Source: Polyangiales bacterium (GTDB lineage Bacteria > Myxococcota_A > Polyangia > Polyangiales > Houyiibacteriaceae). Taken from it: a DNA stretch of 64,000 nucleotides. The stretch is taken from contig JBGCFM010000157.1 in NCBI GenBank assembly GCA_045106895.1, positions 1 to 64,000 on the forward strand, read 5' to 3'. Below, in pieces: positions 54,927 to 64,000 of the stretch. Within the stretch, counting starts at the first letter, position 1. Every line of letters begins with the position of its first letter. A model generated the notes under the pieces. That model was not told where the DNA came from, searched no databases, and worked only from the letters and a program-made list of their open reading frames with translations. A program made the position numbers and the translations under genes.

Positions 54927-55005
54927 CGCGTAGGCAGCCGGGTTTGAACTCTGCGCAGTCAACCGAAGGGTGTCAGACCGTCGAGACCCGTGTGGCAGGC
55001 CGCTA

Positions 55006-55881
55006 GTGCGTTTCCTGCACGTTAGCGACTTGCACGTCGACACCGGGGTCCATGGGATTCCGCTTCGGGACATGCTCAACAAACGGCTCGTGGGCTGGGC
55101 GAACCTTCGGCTCCGTCGTGCCGCGTACTACAAAGACGCCGTTCGTAAGATCGAGCTTTTGGCGGAGCTCGCGGAGGAACACAGCGTGGACGCCGTGCTC
55201 TGTTCCGGTGACTACACCGTGCTCGGTACGCCCTCCGAGCTACGCAACGCACGCGCCGCCATCGAGCCACTCGTTCAGGCCGCGGAACACTACGTGACCG
55301 TGCCTGGAAATCACGACGTGTACGTTGATGACCGTGGTGTCTTTCAGGATGAGTTTGGCGAGTTTCTAGTCAGCGACCTCCCTGAGTTTCAGGTGGAGGG
55401 GCGCTGGCCTCTGGTAAAACTCTATGACGGGGTCGCCGTCGTGTGTATCGACAGCACTCGCCCGAACCCGTCGGTGTTCACTTCCGCCGGATACGTGCCT
55501 CCCGCGCAGCTCGACGCTCTTCGCCGCTTGCTCGCGTCACCGAAGCTTCAAGACCGCTTTGTATTCGTCATGACGCACTACGCACCGAGGCTCTCCTCGG
55601 GCAACCCCGACACGGTGTCGCATGGCCTGGGCAATGCCGACGATGTGATGGCAGCGTGCGCCATCAAGCACGGCGCGTTTATCCACGGCCATGTGCACAA
55701 GTGCTTCACACTTCGTGTTCCCGAATGCTCAGTGCCTCTCTTCGGCGCCGGTTCCAGCACGATGAGAGGGCACGAGGGGCTTTGGATGTTCGACGTCGAC
55801 GCGGCGGGGGCGAAGGCGTTTCGTGGCCGATTTGTCGCGGGTCGCTACACGTTGGACAAGGAGCCTTCACGAGAGTGGTGA
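55006..55881 (+). CDS. Metallophosphoesterase (calcineurin-like/CpdA-like)
   Basis: HVSDLH, SGD, PGNHD and HGHVH. Confidence 0.88.
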   Translation: MRFLHVSDLHVDTGVHGIPLRDMLNKRLVGWANLRLRRAAYYKDAVRKIELLAELAEEHSVDAVLCSGDYTVLGTPSELRNARAAIEPLVQAAEHYVTVPGNHDVYVDDRGVFQDEFGEFLVSDLPEFQVEGRWPLVKLYDGVAVVCIDSTRPNPSVFTSAGYVPPAQLDALRRLLASPKLQDRFVFVMTHYAPRLSSGNPDTVSHGLGNADDVMAACAIKHGAFIHGHVHKCFTLRVPECSVPLFGAGSSTMRGHEGLWMFDVDAAGAKAFRGRFVAGRYTLDKEPSREW

Positions 55882-55979
55882 GTGCCCGGCGGTGAGCCCT
55901 GCAGAAACTGGATCCATTTGACTTACATGTATGACCATGTGGGACAGATGCCGATTCCGGCGTCGATCTGAGGTCTCCA

Positions 55980-56510
55980 ATGCTTGAATCCGTCGAATTC
56001 CTACCTGCTCGCCGCCACTATCATCGCCACGCATTTCAGCTCGAAGTGCCAATGATCTGTGACTTATGGGACGAGCCGGTCTCCCACCGTACCCGCGACC
56101 TCTCGGCTGAAGGTCTCTACATCGAGACGGCGCTTCCCCTCGAGGCCGGCACCGAGGTCGTGTTGGAGCTCAGCGTGGCACTTGAGACCCACTTCGTCAT
56201 CGGCTGTGTCCGTCGCGTCGACTTGGGCGAAGACGGGGGCCGCCCCGGAATGGGCATCGAGCTCCTCGACATCGATGAGGGACTCCGTGCGTCGATTGAA
56301 CGAGCGCTTTCGTGCAAGCCACCTGCGCTGCCTCGTTCTCGGGTGCCCGTCGAGAAGAAGTTCCTCTGGGTCGACGCGCTCCTCACGTACGAAGAAGACC
56401 TCGGCGACCGCGTGAACATCGTGGAAGTCAGCGAAGCGCTCTGTCTCCACGAGGACGACCTCTCCGAGGCGCTCGGCGCTGCCACGACGCGCTCAGCACT
56501 CTTGTGCTGA
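55980..56510 (+). CDS. PilZ domain protein
   Basis: RRHYHR, RDLSAEGLYI and PGMGIEL. SD GAGG. Confidence 0.78.
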   Translation: MLESVEFLPARRHYHRHAFQLEVPMICDLWDEPVSHRTRDLSAEGLYIETALPLEAGTEVVLELSVALETHFVIGCVRRVDLGEDGGRPGMGIELLDIDEGLRASIERALSCKPPALPRSRVPVEKKFLWVDALLTYEEDLGDRVNIVEVSEALCLHEDDLSEALGAATTRSALLC

Positions 56511-56532
56511 GCGACCTCGTCGAATAACAGGC

Positions 56533-59058
56533 CTACTGAACGCGGATGGTGCCGGCGTTGATGCGGTTGACGTTGTCTTTGACGCCCCGTGTCACGCTGA
56601 GCCGGTTGTTCCCACTGAAGAACCCAATCCACAGCGTGTAGTTGCCGGGGCGGTAGTTTGCCGGGACCGTGAGAGTCTGGCGGTCCAGGACGATGTCGCC
56701 CTCGTCCCAGAGACGAATCGGGTAACGCCCCTCCAGGGGTTCGTGGTCTCCGTTGAGCCGGTTGCCTTCACCATCGATGTGCAAGAAGATCTGATACGAG
56801 CCGGGGATGCTGCGCAGGGCCTTCCAGTGCCACACGATGGTGAACTCCTGGCCGGCGCCGACGTAGCCGGGCTGAGGCGTCTCTAGGTCGTATCCGACGA
56901 GCCCAATCTTGTCGTCGAACTGTCCGTCCACCGGGAACTCAGGCGCTGGCGCCTCGAAGAACACCGAGTTCGCAATGAAGCTCTGGTTCTCACGGCCCGC
57001 CACGTCTTGGCCGGTGATGAGCACGAGTCGCGCGTTCTCCGCGTCTGCCACGAAGAGATGGCGCCGCGTCTCCGTTCGGAAGGCGCGGTTGATCGTTGCG
57101 AGTTGGTCCGTCGGAATGACCGCCCAAGCGCGCTGCTCGCCGGTGAGGAACTCGAGGAGCTGTGCCTGACTCTCGATGTTCTCAGCCTCGCCGTCTGCGT
57201 AGTAGGCCGCTGCACGACCGCTCACTCGGTACTCGCCAAGCGGTTCTCCTTCGGCGTGAAGCTCGTTGTAGGTGTCGTACACTGCCCGCGGCGAGAAGTG
57301 CGCGCTCAGGGCGGGCAGGAATCCGAACGAGGTGTAAGCGCCCACGGCGAGGCCCGCCGCGAGAATCGGCAGTCCGCGGCGCCCATCAAGACGCGAGTAG
57401 AGCCAGAGCGCCATCTGGCCGCCGGCGATGAGCACTGGGATAGCGAGCGGCACGAAGAGAAGTCGTCGGCCCGCGCGAATCGCGATGGAGGTGAGCGGGA
57501 GGGAGTCACCCAGCGCGAAGCACGCGCTGCCGAAGAGCGCCATCAGTAAAAGCACTGTCCCGCCGAGCGACATCCATGCGCGGTTTGGGCTCAGCGTCTT
57601 GAACGCTTTGACCACGCCCTTGGCGCGAATGCGTCCGAGGGAGAAGAGCAGGGCGAGGGCCATGAAGGGCCAGCACAGAACGAAAAGCACAACCTGCCAC
57701 TTCTTGGCGAAGGGCTCTCGGCCTTGGTTCCAGCGCGCAGCCAAGAACTTGTAGGGCGCCTTCCAGTCTGGCTTCTCGTTGAACTCGTTGCCCGAGATGA
57801 ACCCAAGACCCTGCACGACCAGGAAGAGAAGGAGGAACGCGGCCCACTTGGAGCGTGGGTTGAACACCTCGGGGGTCGTCAGGTCGAGGACCGGCAGGCT
57901 GTCCACGGAGGTTCCTGGGAAGAGCGCATAGTCACGCAAGACCAGGACAACGAGGAGGGATGCGACGACCGCTTCGCCCCACCAGCTCCGCCCGGAACGC
58001 TCCATGTCCCGAAGGAAGAGCGCGATAGCGATGCCCACGGGCGCGACGGAGTGGAACGTCGATTCGCCGTAGCGAGCGGTGTAGAGCATGAGCGCGCCAT
58101 ACCCGAACGCTGCCCAGAGAAGCAGGGTCACGCGGAAGTGGAATGTGTCTCCATCGGGAGCCACATCGGCGTCGCCTTTGTCTTCCGACTCTTCCTTTGC
58201 GGCTGCCAAGTTGGCGGGGGCGAGCAGGCGTGCGAGGGCGAGCACCATCAGGCCGGCCCATGGGCCAAAGCCATGGAATACACGCTCAAGGGCGGAATCA
58301 AAGGTAGGCGGCTCACCACCGAAGGGAGCGCCACCGAGCCAGGCGCTGTAGCTGCCTGCATCGGCGTGGATGTCCCAGGCGGTCTTCGCTGTCATCGCGG
58401 CGCCGAGGGTGGCGAGTCCAATCAGCGTCTTCTTCTGGAGCGCGTTTTCCGTGCTGCCAGCCCGTAGTGCAGACACCAGGGCCACGGCTGCGAGCGGAGG
58501 AACGATTCCGGAGAGCGCGCCGGCGGCGGAGAAGGCGAAGCCGATGGCCACTGCGAGCCCCAGCCCCCAAAGAGCAACGTGCTTTTTCTGGGCTTCGGGA
58601 ACCTTGGCTTTGCCGAACGCCAGCTGACATGCGCAGAGGCCCACGAAGGCGTTGGCCGCCATGGCGAAAGCGTCGCCGAACATCCCGCGAGAGTTGAGGA
58701 GCACGATGGGCGTGGAGGCAAGGATCCCAGCGGCGTAGAGACCGGCGCGCTTCGAATCAAAGCGACGGCCGGCGAAGAACGCGGCGAGAAGAAGGAGGAA
58801 GCCCGCGAAGGCCATCGGCAAGCGTCCGCTCTCTTCGCTGACGCCAAAGGCGGAGAAGCTCCGCGCGATGACGGAGCGGGCGAGGGGCGCGTGCCGCTGC
58901 ACTTCTTCGCTGGCCGTGCCTTCGGACATGGCGCGTGCCTCATCCGCGATGTTCAGCTCCCAAGGGTCCCAGATGCCAAATGCGCCGATGCCGACGAGGA
59001 GCAGCAGGAGCGGCGGGAGAAAGCCGAGGGATACAGAGAAGCGACGTAGAAAAGACAT
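56533..59058 (-). CDS. ArnT/PMT-like (GT-C, family 39/83) glycosyltransferase with a C-terminal periplasmic beta domain
   Basis: IWDPWE...ADEARAM and FGVSEESGRLP, many TM helices, and a C-terminal LVGYD...FLH...YTLWIG domain. Confidence 0.72.
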   Translation of the reverse strand: MSFLRRFSVSLGFLPPLLLLLVGIGAFGIWDPWELNIADEARAMSEGTASEEVQRHAPLARSVIARSFSAFGVSEESGRLPMAFAGFLLLLAAFFAGRRFDSKRAGLYAAGILASTPIVLLNSRGMFGDAFAMAANAFVGLCACQLAFGKAKVPEAQKKHVALWGLGLAVAIGFAFSAAGALSGIVPPLAAVALVSALRAGSTENALQKKTLIGLATLGAAMTAKTAWDIHADAGSYSAWLGGAPFGGEPPTFDSALERVFHGFGPWAGLMVLALARLLAPANLAAAKEESEDKGDADVAPDGDTFHFRVTLLLWAAFGYGALMLYTARYGESTFHSVAPVGIAIALFLRDMERSGRSWWGEAVVASLLVVLVLRDYALFPGTSVDSLPVLDLTTPEVFNPRSKWAAFLLLFLVVQGLGFISGNEFNEKPDWKAPYKFLAARWNQGREPFAKKWQVVLFVLCWPFMALALLFSLGRIRAKGVVKAFKTLSPNRAWMSLGGTVLLLMALFGSACFALGDSLPLTSIAIRAGRRLLFVPLAIPVLIAGGQMALWLYSRLDGRRGLPILAAGLAVGAYTSFGFLPALSAHFSPRAVYDTYNELHAEGEPLGEYRVSGRAAAYYADGEAENIESQAQLLEFLTGEQRAWAVIPTDQLATINRAFRTETRRHLFVADAENARLVLITGQDVAGRENQSFIANSVFFEAPAPEFPVDGQFDDKIGLVGYDLETPQPGYVGAGQEFTIVWHWKALRSIPGSYQIFLHIDGEGNRLNGDHEPLEGRYPIRLWDEGDIVLDRQTLTVPANYRPGNYTLWIGFFSGNNRLSVTRGVKDNVNRINAGTIRVQ

Positions 59059-59170
59059 AAGATTAGCCAAATTCGCGGACGCGGAGTCCGCCGAGGCGGT
59101 TGTAGCACGGGAGTTTAGCAACCACCGCACGGCTCCGCCGCATTCCGTAGAAGCTCCGTCAGGACGTGGC

Positions 59171-60796
59171 CTAGTCCATTACTTCTTCGGCGGATTCCGA
59201 TTCTTCATCGTCCGCCGGCGCTTCCGCCGGCTCCGGCGACTCCACCTCGACGCGCTCCAGCTCCCGCGAGAGCGTCGCCATTTCCCGGCGAAACACCGCT
59301 CGCTGTCCTCCGGGAAGCAGGCGACCGGGCCCGTTGATCACCTCCATCGCGTCGAGGAAGCGGTTCCCACGCTTGAGTCCAAAGTGCAGGTGAGGGCCCG
59401 TGGAGCGCCCTGTGGTTCCGACGGTGCCGATGAGCTGCCGCTGCTCGACCTCGGTCCCAACGGTAATGCCTCGCTGGATTTGGTGGAGGTGGGCGTAGTG
59501 GCTCGAGTATCCGCCCGCGTGCCGGATGCTCACGAGGTTCCCGTTGGGTCCCTTCGCCGAGGCCCAGGTCACGGTGCCGTCCGCCGCTGCCCACACCGGG
59601 GTGCCCGTCGATGCGGCAAAGTCGACGCCGTTGTGCGGGACGATACGTCGGAGGATGGGATGCATGCGTCGCAGATTGAACGGCGAGCTAATGCGGTCGT
59701 AGCGCGTGGGAACTCGGAGCCAGCCACCGCGGATGGCGCGCCCGTCTTCGTCGAACCAGTCGCCGCGTCGTTCTCCCCGCGGATGAAAGAAGTACGCGCG
59801 GAGAGTCCCTGCGCGCTGGCCGATGTACTCGATGGCTCGAACTTGTCCGAAGCGAAGGAACTCTCCGTTGAGGCGCTCTTCATCCACGACAAGGCGAAAC
59901 GAATCCCCAGCGCGCGCCTGCGTGCTGAAGTTCACCTTGCCGTCGAAGACCTCGATGAAGAGCCCCACCGTCTGACGGCCAAGGCCGACGGCGGCGACGG
60001 CATCCCCAAGGGAGGAACGCACGACGCCGCCTCGGGTGACTCGATTGATTTCGAGCGGGATTTCGATGCGTTCCGCCTGAATGGCGTCGTCCGCTCCGAC
60101 GTCCGCGCGCACGAAGGAGGTTGCGGTGTCGTGGTATTCGAAGCGCACCAGAGCGCCGCCTTCGCCTCGTTCGACGACGAGGGAGTCCGTCGCGTGGCAG
60201 CGCCTGAAGTCCAGCACCTCACCCAGAGCCTGCTCGAGGCGAACGGCCTCAGCGCCGGTGAGGCCGGAGCTCAGCAATGCAGGACGAAACCCACGGGCGT
60301 TTCCAAAGAGCGTCCGCGTTCGCGATGTGGCGCCGTCGGCGGAGGGCGTCTCGTTTGAACGCTCCACCTCAGGCTCGGCGTCAACGGGATCGTCGTCGCC
60401 TTCCGCCATAACCGCCGGGACTTCGACCTCTTCCTTTGGACCCTTCTCGGCGAGAATGAGCGGGCTCCATTCTTCATCTTCTTCTTCGACGTCCTCGTCA
60501 CTCGTGCCGCCGGACAACCAAGTCACCCCACCGAAAATGGCGAGGGCAGCCGCGAGGAGGCCTCCGATAAAGAGCCTGCGCATCCGTTGTTCACGGACAC
60601 GGCCCGTCAGAATCGGGCGTCGCAGCGAGGGGAGGGGTCTGGCGAGAGGGTCGTCCTGGAACGCCTTCGACATCGTAGGTTCGCTTGGCGGAAGCGGTTT
60701 TGGCTCCTCGGGCTCGTCGACGGATTTCGCCGGCTCCTCTGCGGACTCGTCCAGCACGGACTCGTCGACCTCTTCCTCGCCCGTTCCCTCCGACAT
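59171..60796 (-). CDS. M23 family peptidase (MepM-like)
   Basis: Single TM, HNGVDFAA, YAHL and STGPHLHF. Confidence 0.92.
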   Translation of the reverse strand: MSEGTGEEEVDESVLDESAEEPAKSVDEPEEPKPLPPSEPTMSKAFQDDPLARPLPSLRRPILTGRVREQRMRRLFIGGLLAAALAIFGGVTWLSGGTSDEDVEEEDEEWSPLILAEKGPKEEVEVPAVMAEGDDDPVDAEPEVERSNETPSADGATSRTRTLFGNARGFRPALLSSGLTGAEAVRLEQALGEVLDFRRCHATDSLVVERGEGGALVRFEYHDTATSFVRADVGADDAIQAERIEIPLEINRVTRGGVVRSSLGDAVAAVGLGRQTVGLFIEVFDGKVNFSTQARAGDSFRLVVDEERLNGEFLRFGQVRAIEYIGQRAGTLRAYFFHPRGERRGDWFDEDGRAIRGGWLRVPTRYDRISSPFNLRRMHPILRRIVPHNGVDFAASTGTPVWAAADGTVTWASAKGPNGNLVSIRHAGGYSSHYAHLHQIQRGITVGTEVEQRQLIGTVGTTGRSTGPHLHFGLKRGNRFLDAMEVINGPGRLLPGGQRAVFRREMATLSRELERVEVESPEPAEAPADDEESESAEEVMD

Positions 60797-60924
60797 TGCC
60801 CGTCGCGATACCATGCACGCCGGCGCCGGCAATTGGCGTGTTCAATAAGAACAGCGCCGAGGGGGCGAAATACGACTTCTGGCCAGGTTTTGCCTGGTTT
60901 TCGGGGAGGCTGTTGAGGTCCGCG

Positions 60925-61899
60925 CTACGCGTCGTAGAGGCCCAGGGCCCAGCGGAGCGTGTCTCGGTCGATGTTCTGACCGGTGTGAATCAGCACAACG
61001 CGCTTGTTCGCGAAACTGGGCGCCATCTTGATGGCCGCCGCGTACGCGGCCGCCGCGGCGCCTTCCGCAATATTGTGCGTCGTTTCAAGGGCGACCCTCA
61101 GGCCTTCCCGCATCTCGTCTTCGGTCACAGTGACGAGATCGTCGACCTGGTCTCTGCAGACTTCGAAGGGGACTTCGAATGCGTAACGCGTCGCTAGGCC
61201 ATCGGCGAAGGTGTCCGCGGAGTCGACGTGCTCGAGTTTTCCGCTTTGGAGGCTGCGCATGAGCGCGTTGGCCCGCTCTGACCAGACGCCCACGATTCGG
61301 ACGTCAGGTCGCATGGCTCGGAGGGTCGCGACGCACCCTGCGAGGCCGCTTCCGCCGCCGACGGGCACGACGACGACGTCACAGTCCGGGAGATCTTCGA
61401 CGATTTCCATCGCGTAGGTGCCCACGCCGGCAATGAGCAGGGGCTCGTTCGCCACGTGTACCCATCGCATTCCTTCGTTGTCGGCGTGGGCTTCCGCTTC
61501 CTTCCGCGCCTCATCGAAGTCCGCACCGTGAATGTGGAGCTGCCCTCCCAGCGCCTCCATGATCGCGTTCTTCTCCGGATTGTTCCGCTTCGGCACATAG
61601 ATCGTCGCGCGCGATCCAAAGTGGCGAGCCGCCCATGCCATGGAGAGGCCGTGGGATCCGCGCGTCGCGGTGACCACGCCTCGGCGACGTTGCGCATCGC
61701 TCAAGTTGGCGAAGAGGTTCACCCCACCACGTACTTTGAAAGCCCCGATGGGTAGGTGGTTCTCATGCTTCACATAGGCATCAAAGCCTAGTCGCGCGCT
61801 GAGGAGCGGGTAGCGATAGAGGGGAGTTCGCGGCAGGTGCCGGTGAACGATGGGCCACGCCCGGAGGACGTCTCGGAAAACAACAGGGGGTGTGCTCAT
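60925..61899 (-). CDS. PLP-dependent threonine/serine dehydratase-like protein
   Basis: KHENHLPIGAFKVRG, VPVGGGSG and TFADGLA. Confidence 0.88.
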   Translation of the reverse strand: MSTPPVVFRDVLRAWPIVHRHLPRTPLYRYPLLSARLGFDAYVKHENHLPIGAFKVRGGVNLFANLSDAQRRRGVVTATRGSHGLSMAWAARHFGSRATIYVPKRNNPEKNAIMEALGGQLHIHGADFDEARKEAEAHADNEGMRWVHVANEPLLIAGVGTYAMEIVEDLPDCDVVVVPVGGGSGLAGCVATLRAMRPDVRIVGVWSERANALMRSLQSGKLEHVDSADTFADGLATRYAFEVPFEVCRDQVDDLVTVTEDEMREGLRVALETTHNIAEGAAAAAYAAAIKMAPSFANKRVVLIHTGQNIDRDTLRWALGLYDA

Positions 61900-61983
61900 G
61901 CGTCTGCCGTCGAGCATACACGCGCCCAGCCAACTCGACTACGCGGAATCAACCATCGAGATGCTTTTTCGAGAAGACATTTC

Positions 61984-62012
61984 TTGACTCCTGCTTCCAC
62001 GCACGCTAAGTC
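61984..62012 (+). promoter_or_regulatory. Sigma70 promoter of tRNA-Val/thrS
   Basis: TTGACT-N17-TAAGTC, ending 12 nt upstream of the tRNA. Confidence 0.6.
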
Positions 62013-62024
62013 GGCGGACGATTC

Positions 62025-62096
62025 AGGCACATAGCTCAGTGGTAGAGCACTACATTGACACTGGAGGGGTCGGCAGTTCAACCCTGCCTGTGCCTA
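62025..62096 (+). tRNA. tRNA-Val(GAC)
   Basis: Acceptor stem AGGCACA/TGTGCCT, D arm GCTC/GAGC, anticodon loop TTGACAC, T arm GGCAG-TTCAACC-CTGCC. No exact CCA encoded after the discriminator. Confidence 0.93.
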
Positions 62097-62118
62097 CCCA
62101 TAAGGTCCTTGGGACCTA

Positions 62119-62167
62119 CCAACGTAAAATGCACCAGGCACAACATGCCGGGTGCATTTTGCGTTGG
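62119..62167. repeat. 22-bp imperfect inverted repeat (hairpin) between tRNA-Val and thrS
   Basis: CCAACGTAAAATGCACCAGGCA-CAACA-TGCCGGGTGCATTTTGCGTTGG. Confidence 0.8.
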
Positions 62168-62259
62168 GGAGTCGTTGAGTTCGACGGCCCGCAAAAGAAT
62201 TTGTGACTGCCGCCTTGTCAGCGCCGATGGGCGAGACAGGCTGCCGCTAGGTGAAGATC

Positions 62260-63999
62260 ATGGACAAGATGAAGACGGCTCGAGAGATCCTCGAAGAGAA
62301 GGAGCTACTCGGCAAGCGAGTGGTTGCGCTGGCGATTGGCGACAAGGTCTTCGACCTTCATACCCCCGTTCCACTCACTGACGACGACACGATCAAGGTC
62401 GTTCAGGCCGGCGACCCGCTCGCGCTTCCCATCATCCGCCACTCCACCGCGCACATGATGGCGGACGCCGTACAGCGGCTTTTTCCCGGCACCAAGGTCG
62501 CCTTCGGCCCCGCCACGGAAGACGGCTTCTTTTACGACTACGACTACCCGGGTGGGACGTTCAGTGAGGACGACCTCGCGGCCATCGAAACGAAGATGCT
62601 CGAAATCGTCGAAGAAGACTCGGCTTTCGAGCGAAAGGTCGTTTCGCGCGAAGAGCTCGAGGGAATCCTCAAGAAGCTCGACGAACCCTACAAGCTCGAG
62701 CACCTCGGGCGTCTCGAAGGAGACCTCTCGATCTATCAGCACGGCGAGTGGGTCGACCTGTGCGAAGGTCCACACGTTCCTTCCACCCGCTTCTTGAGCG
62801 CGTTCAAGCTGACGCACGTCGCGGGCGCGTATTGGCGCGGAGACGAACGCAATCCGATGCTTCAGCGCATCTACGGGACGGCTTTCGCGAACCCGAAACA
62901 CCTTCGCTCGCATCTAAAGCGCATCGAGGAAGCAAAAAAGCGGGACCACCGCAAGCTCGCCAAAGAGCTCGACCTCGTGACGTTTCATCCCCTCGCGCCG
63001 GCCTCACCGTTTTTCACGGCGCGCGGAAGCATCGTCTACAACGGGCTCGTCGACTACGTTCGCGAACTCTACCAGCGCTTCGAATACGACGAAGTCATCA
63101 CTCCACAGATCTTTGACCGCAGCCTCTTCGAGACTTCTGGTCACCTGCCTGCCTACGGCGAGAATATGTTCATCGCGGCGACGCAGGACGGACTTGAGAA
63201 GGCCGCCAAGGAGCTCATCGCGAGTCCGCCGAAGGATGCGAAGAGCTGCGAGAAGACGCTCGAAGAGCACATGCGTTTTGGCGTGAAGCCGATGAACTGC
63301 CCCTGTCACGCGCTCATGTTCGGCATGAAGCGACACAGCTACCGGGAGCTCCCGGTGCGCATGGCTGACTTCGGTCGCCTCCACCGCTACGAGCGAAGCG
63401 GCGTTGTGCAGGGGATGACGCGTGTCCGAACCTTCGCCCAGGACGACGCCCATATTTTCTGCACCGTCGACCAGATGCAGGGGGAAATCGCGCAGTTCCT
63501 CGACCTCGTCTACGACGTGTACAAGGACTTCGGTTTCTCCGAGGTACGAGTGGTCATCGCGACGCGTCCCGACGAGCGACTCGGCACCGACGACATCTGG
63601 GACCACAGCGAGCAAGCTCTCATCAAGGCCGTGGAGTCGAAGGGACTTCCCTTTGAAATCGCCGAAGGCGAGGGCGCGTTCTACGGTCCGAAGATCGAGT
63701 TCCACCTCAAGGACGCCATCGGCCGACCTTGGCAGCTAGGCACGATGCAGGCGGACTACAACCTGCCTGAGCGTTTTGACCTCAGCTACATCGACGCGGA
63801 CAACGCGAGCCATCGACCGGTGATGCTCCACCGCGCGATTCTTGGCAGCGTCGAACGTTTCTACGGCGTTCTCATGGAGCACGTTGGTGGGAACTTCCCC
63901 ACTTGGCTTGCGCCGGAGCAAATTCAGCTGGTCACCGTGGCGAGCGACTTCAACGAATATGCCCACGACGTGGCCAAGGAGCTTCGAGCTGCGGGTTTC
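62260..63999 (+). CDS. thrS: Threonine--tRNA ligase (3' end runs off the window)
   Basis: Manual translation from ATG 62260 gives RHSTAH, DLCEGPH, AGAYWRGD, RDHRKL, KPMNCP, RVRTFAQDDAH, GAFYGPKI and MLHRAILGS. Confidence 0.98.
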   Translation, partial: MDKMKTAREILEEKELLGKRVVALAIGDKVFDLHTPVPLTDDDTIKVVQAGDPLALPIIRHSTAHMMADAVQRLFPGTKVAFGPATEDGFFYDYDYPGGTFSEDDLAAIETKMLEIVEEDSAFERKVVSREELEGILKKLDEPYKLEHLGRLEGDLSIYQHGEWVDLCEGPHVPSTRFLSAFKLTHVAGAYWRGDERNPMLQRIYGTAFANPKHLRSHLKRIEEAKKRDHRKLAKELDLVTFHPLAPASPFFTARGSIVYNGLVDYVRELYQRFEYDEVITPQIFDRSLFETSGHLPAYGENMFIAATQDGLEKAAKELIASPPKDAKSCEKTLEEHMRFGVKPMNCPCHALMFGMKRHSYRELPVRMADFGRLHRYERSGVVQGMTRVRTFAQDDAHIFCTVDQMQGEIAQFLDLVYDVYKDFGFSEVRVVIATRPDERLGTDDIWDHSEQALIKAVESKGLPFEIAEGEGAFYGPKIEFHLKDAIGRPWQLGTMQADYNLPERFDLSYIDADNASHRPVMLHRAILGSVERFYGVLMEHVGGNFPTWLAPEQIQLVTVASDFNEYAHDVAKELRAAGF

Positions 64000-64000
64000 C

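Noticed and set aside
62025..62260. tRNA as the attachment site of a genomic island
   Set aside because: No integrase and no duplicated tRNA 3' end was seen, and thrS follows directly.
1..64000. Many long antisense or alternate-frame ORFs (e.g. 2533..3636+, 6011..7156+, 24381..25742+, 36216..37463-, 39391..40593-, 58868..60358+)
   Set aside because: They shadow well-supported genes and have no recognisable motifs. Such ORFs are expected in high-GC DNA with few stop codons.

Overview
High-GC, gene-dense chromosomal segment. It most likely comes from a myxobacterium (Myxococcota, Polyangia/Sandaracinaceae-like); this is inferred from the many C-G-D-D lipoproteins, DAG-rich linkers, TIGR02266-type PilZ proteins and the rpoN-hpf-ptsN-hprK-rapZ-ptsH-ptsI layout. 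I found no CRISPR array, integrase, transposase or prophage. Core loci are RNase P RNA (rnpB), the rpoN/PTS cluster, plsB, rplM-rpsI, argC, tRNA-Val(GAC) and thrS (truncated by the window end). The most interesting uncharacterised modules are: (1) a tightly coupled 7-gene minus-strand operon (7.6-14.2 kb) encoding a coiled-coil protein, a membrane-anchored solute-binding protein fused to an OmpA-type peptidoglycan-binding domain, a TauBC/SsuBC-like ABC transporter, a TM/coiled-coil protein, a heme-oxygenase-like diiron enzyme and an FAH-family hydrolase; (2) a predicted beta-barrel coupled to a 13-heme c-type cytochrome next to rnpB; (3) a Cys-rich lipoprotein coupled to a ferritin-like diiron enzyme; (4) a TPR-like dynamin fusion upstream of rpoN; (5) an operon of three large Ca/Cys-rich surface lipoproteins. 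Many genes have a -10-like hexamer 5-8 nt before the start codon, which suggests widespread leaderless transcription. All calls rest on motif recognition by eye. No database searches were run.
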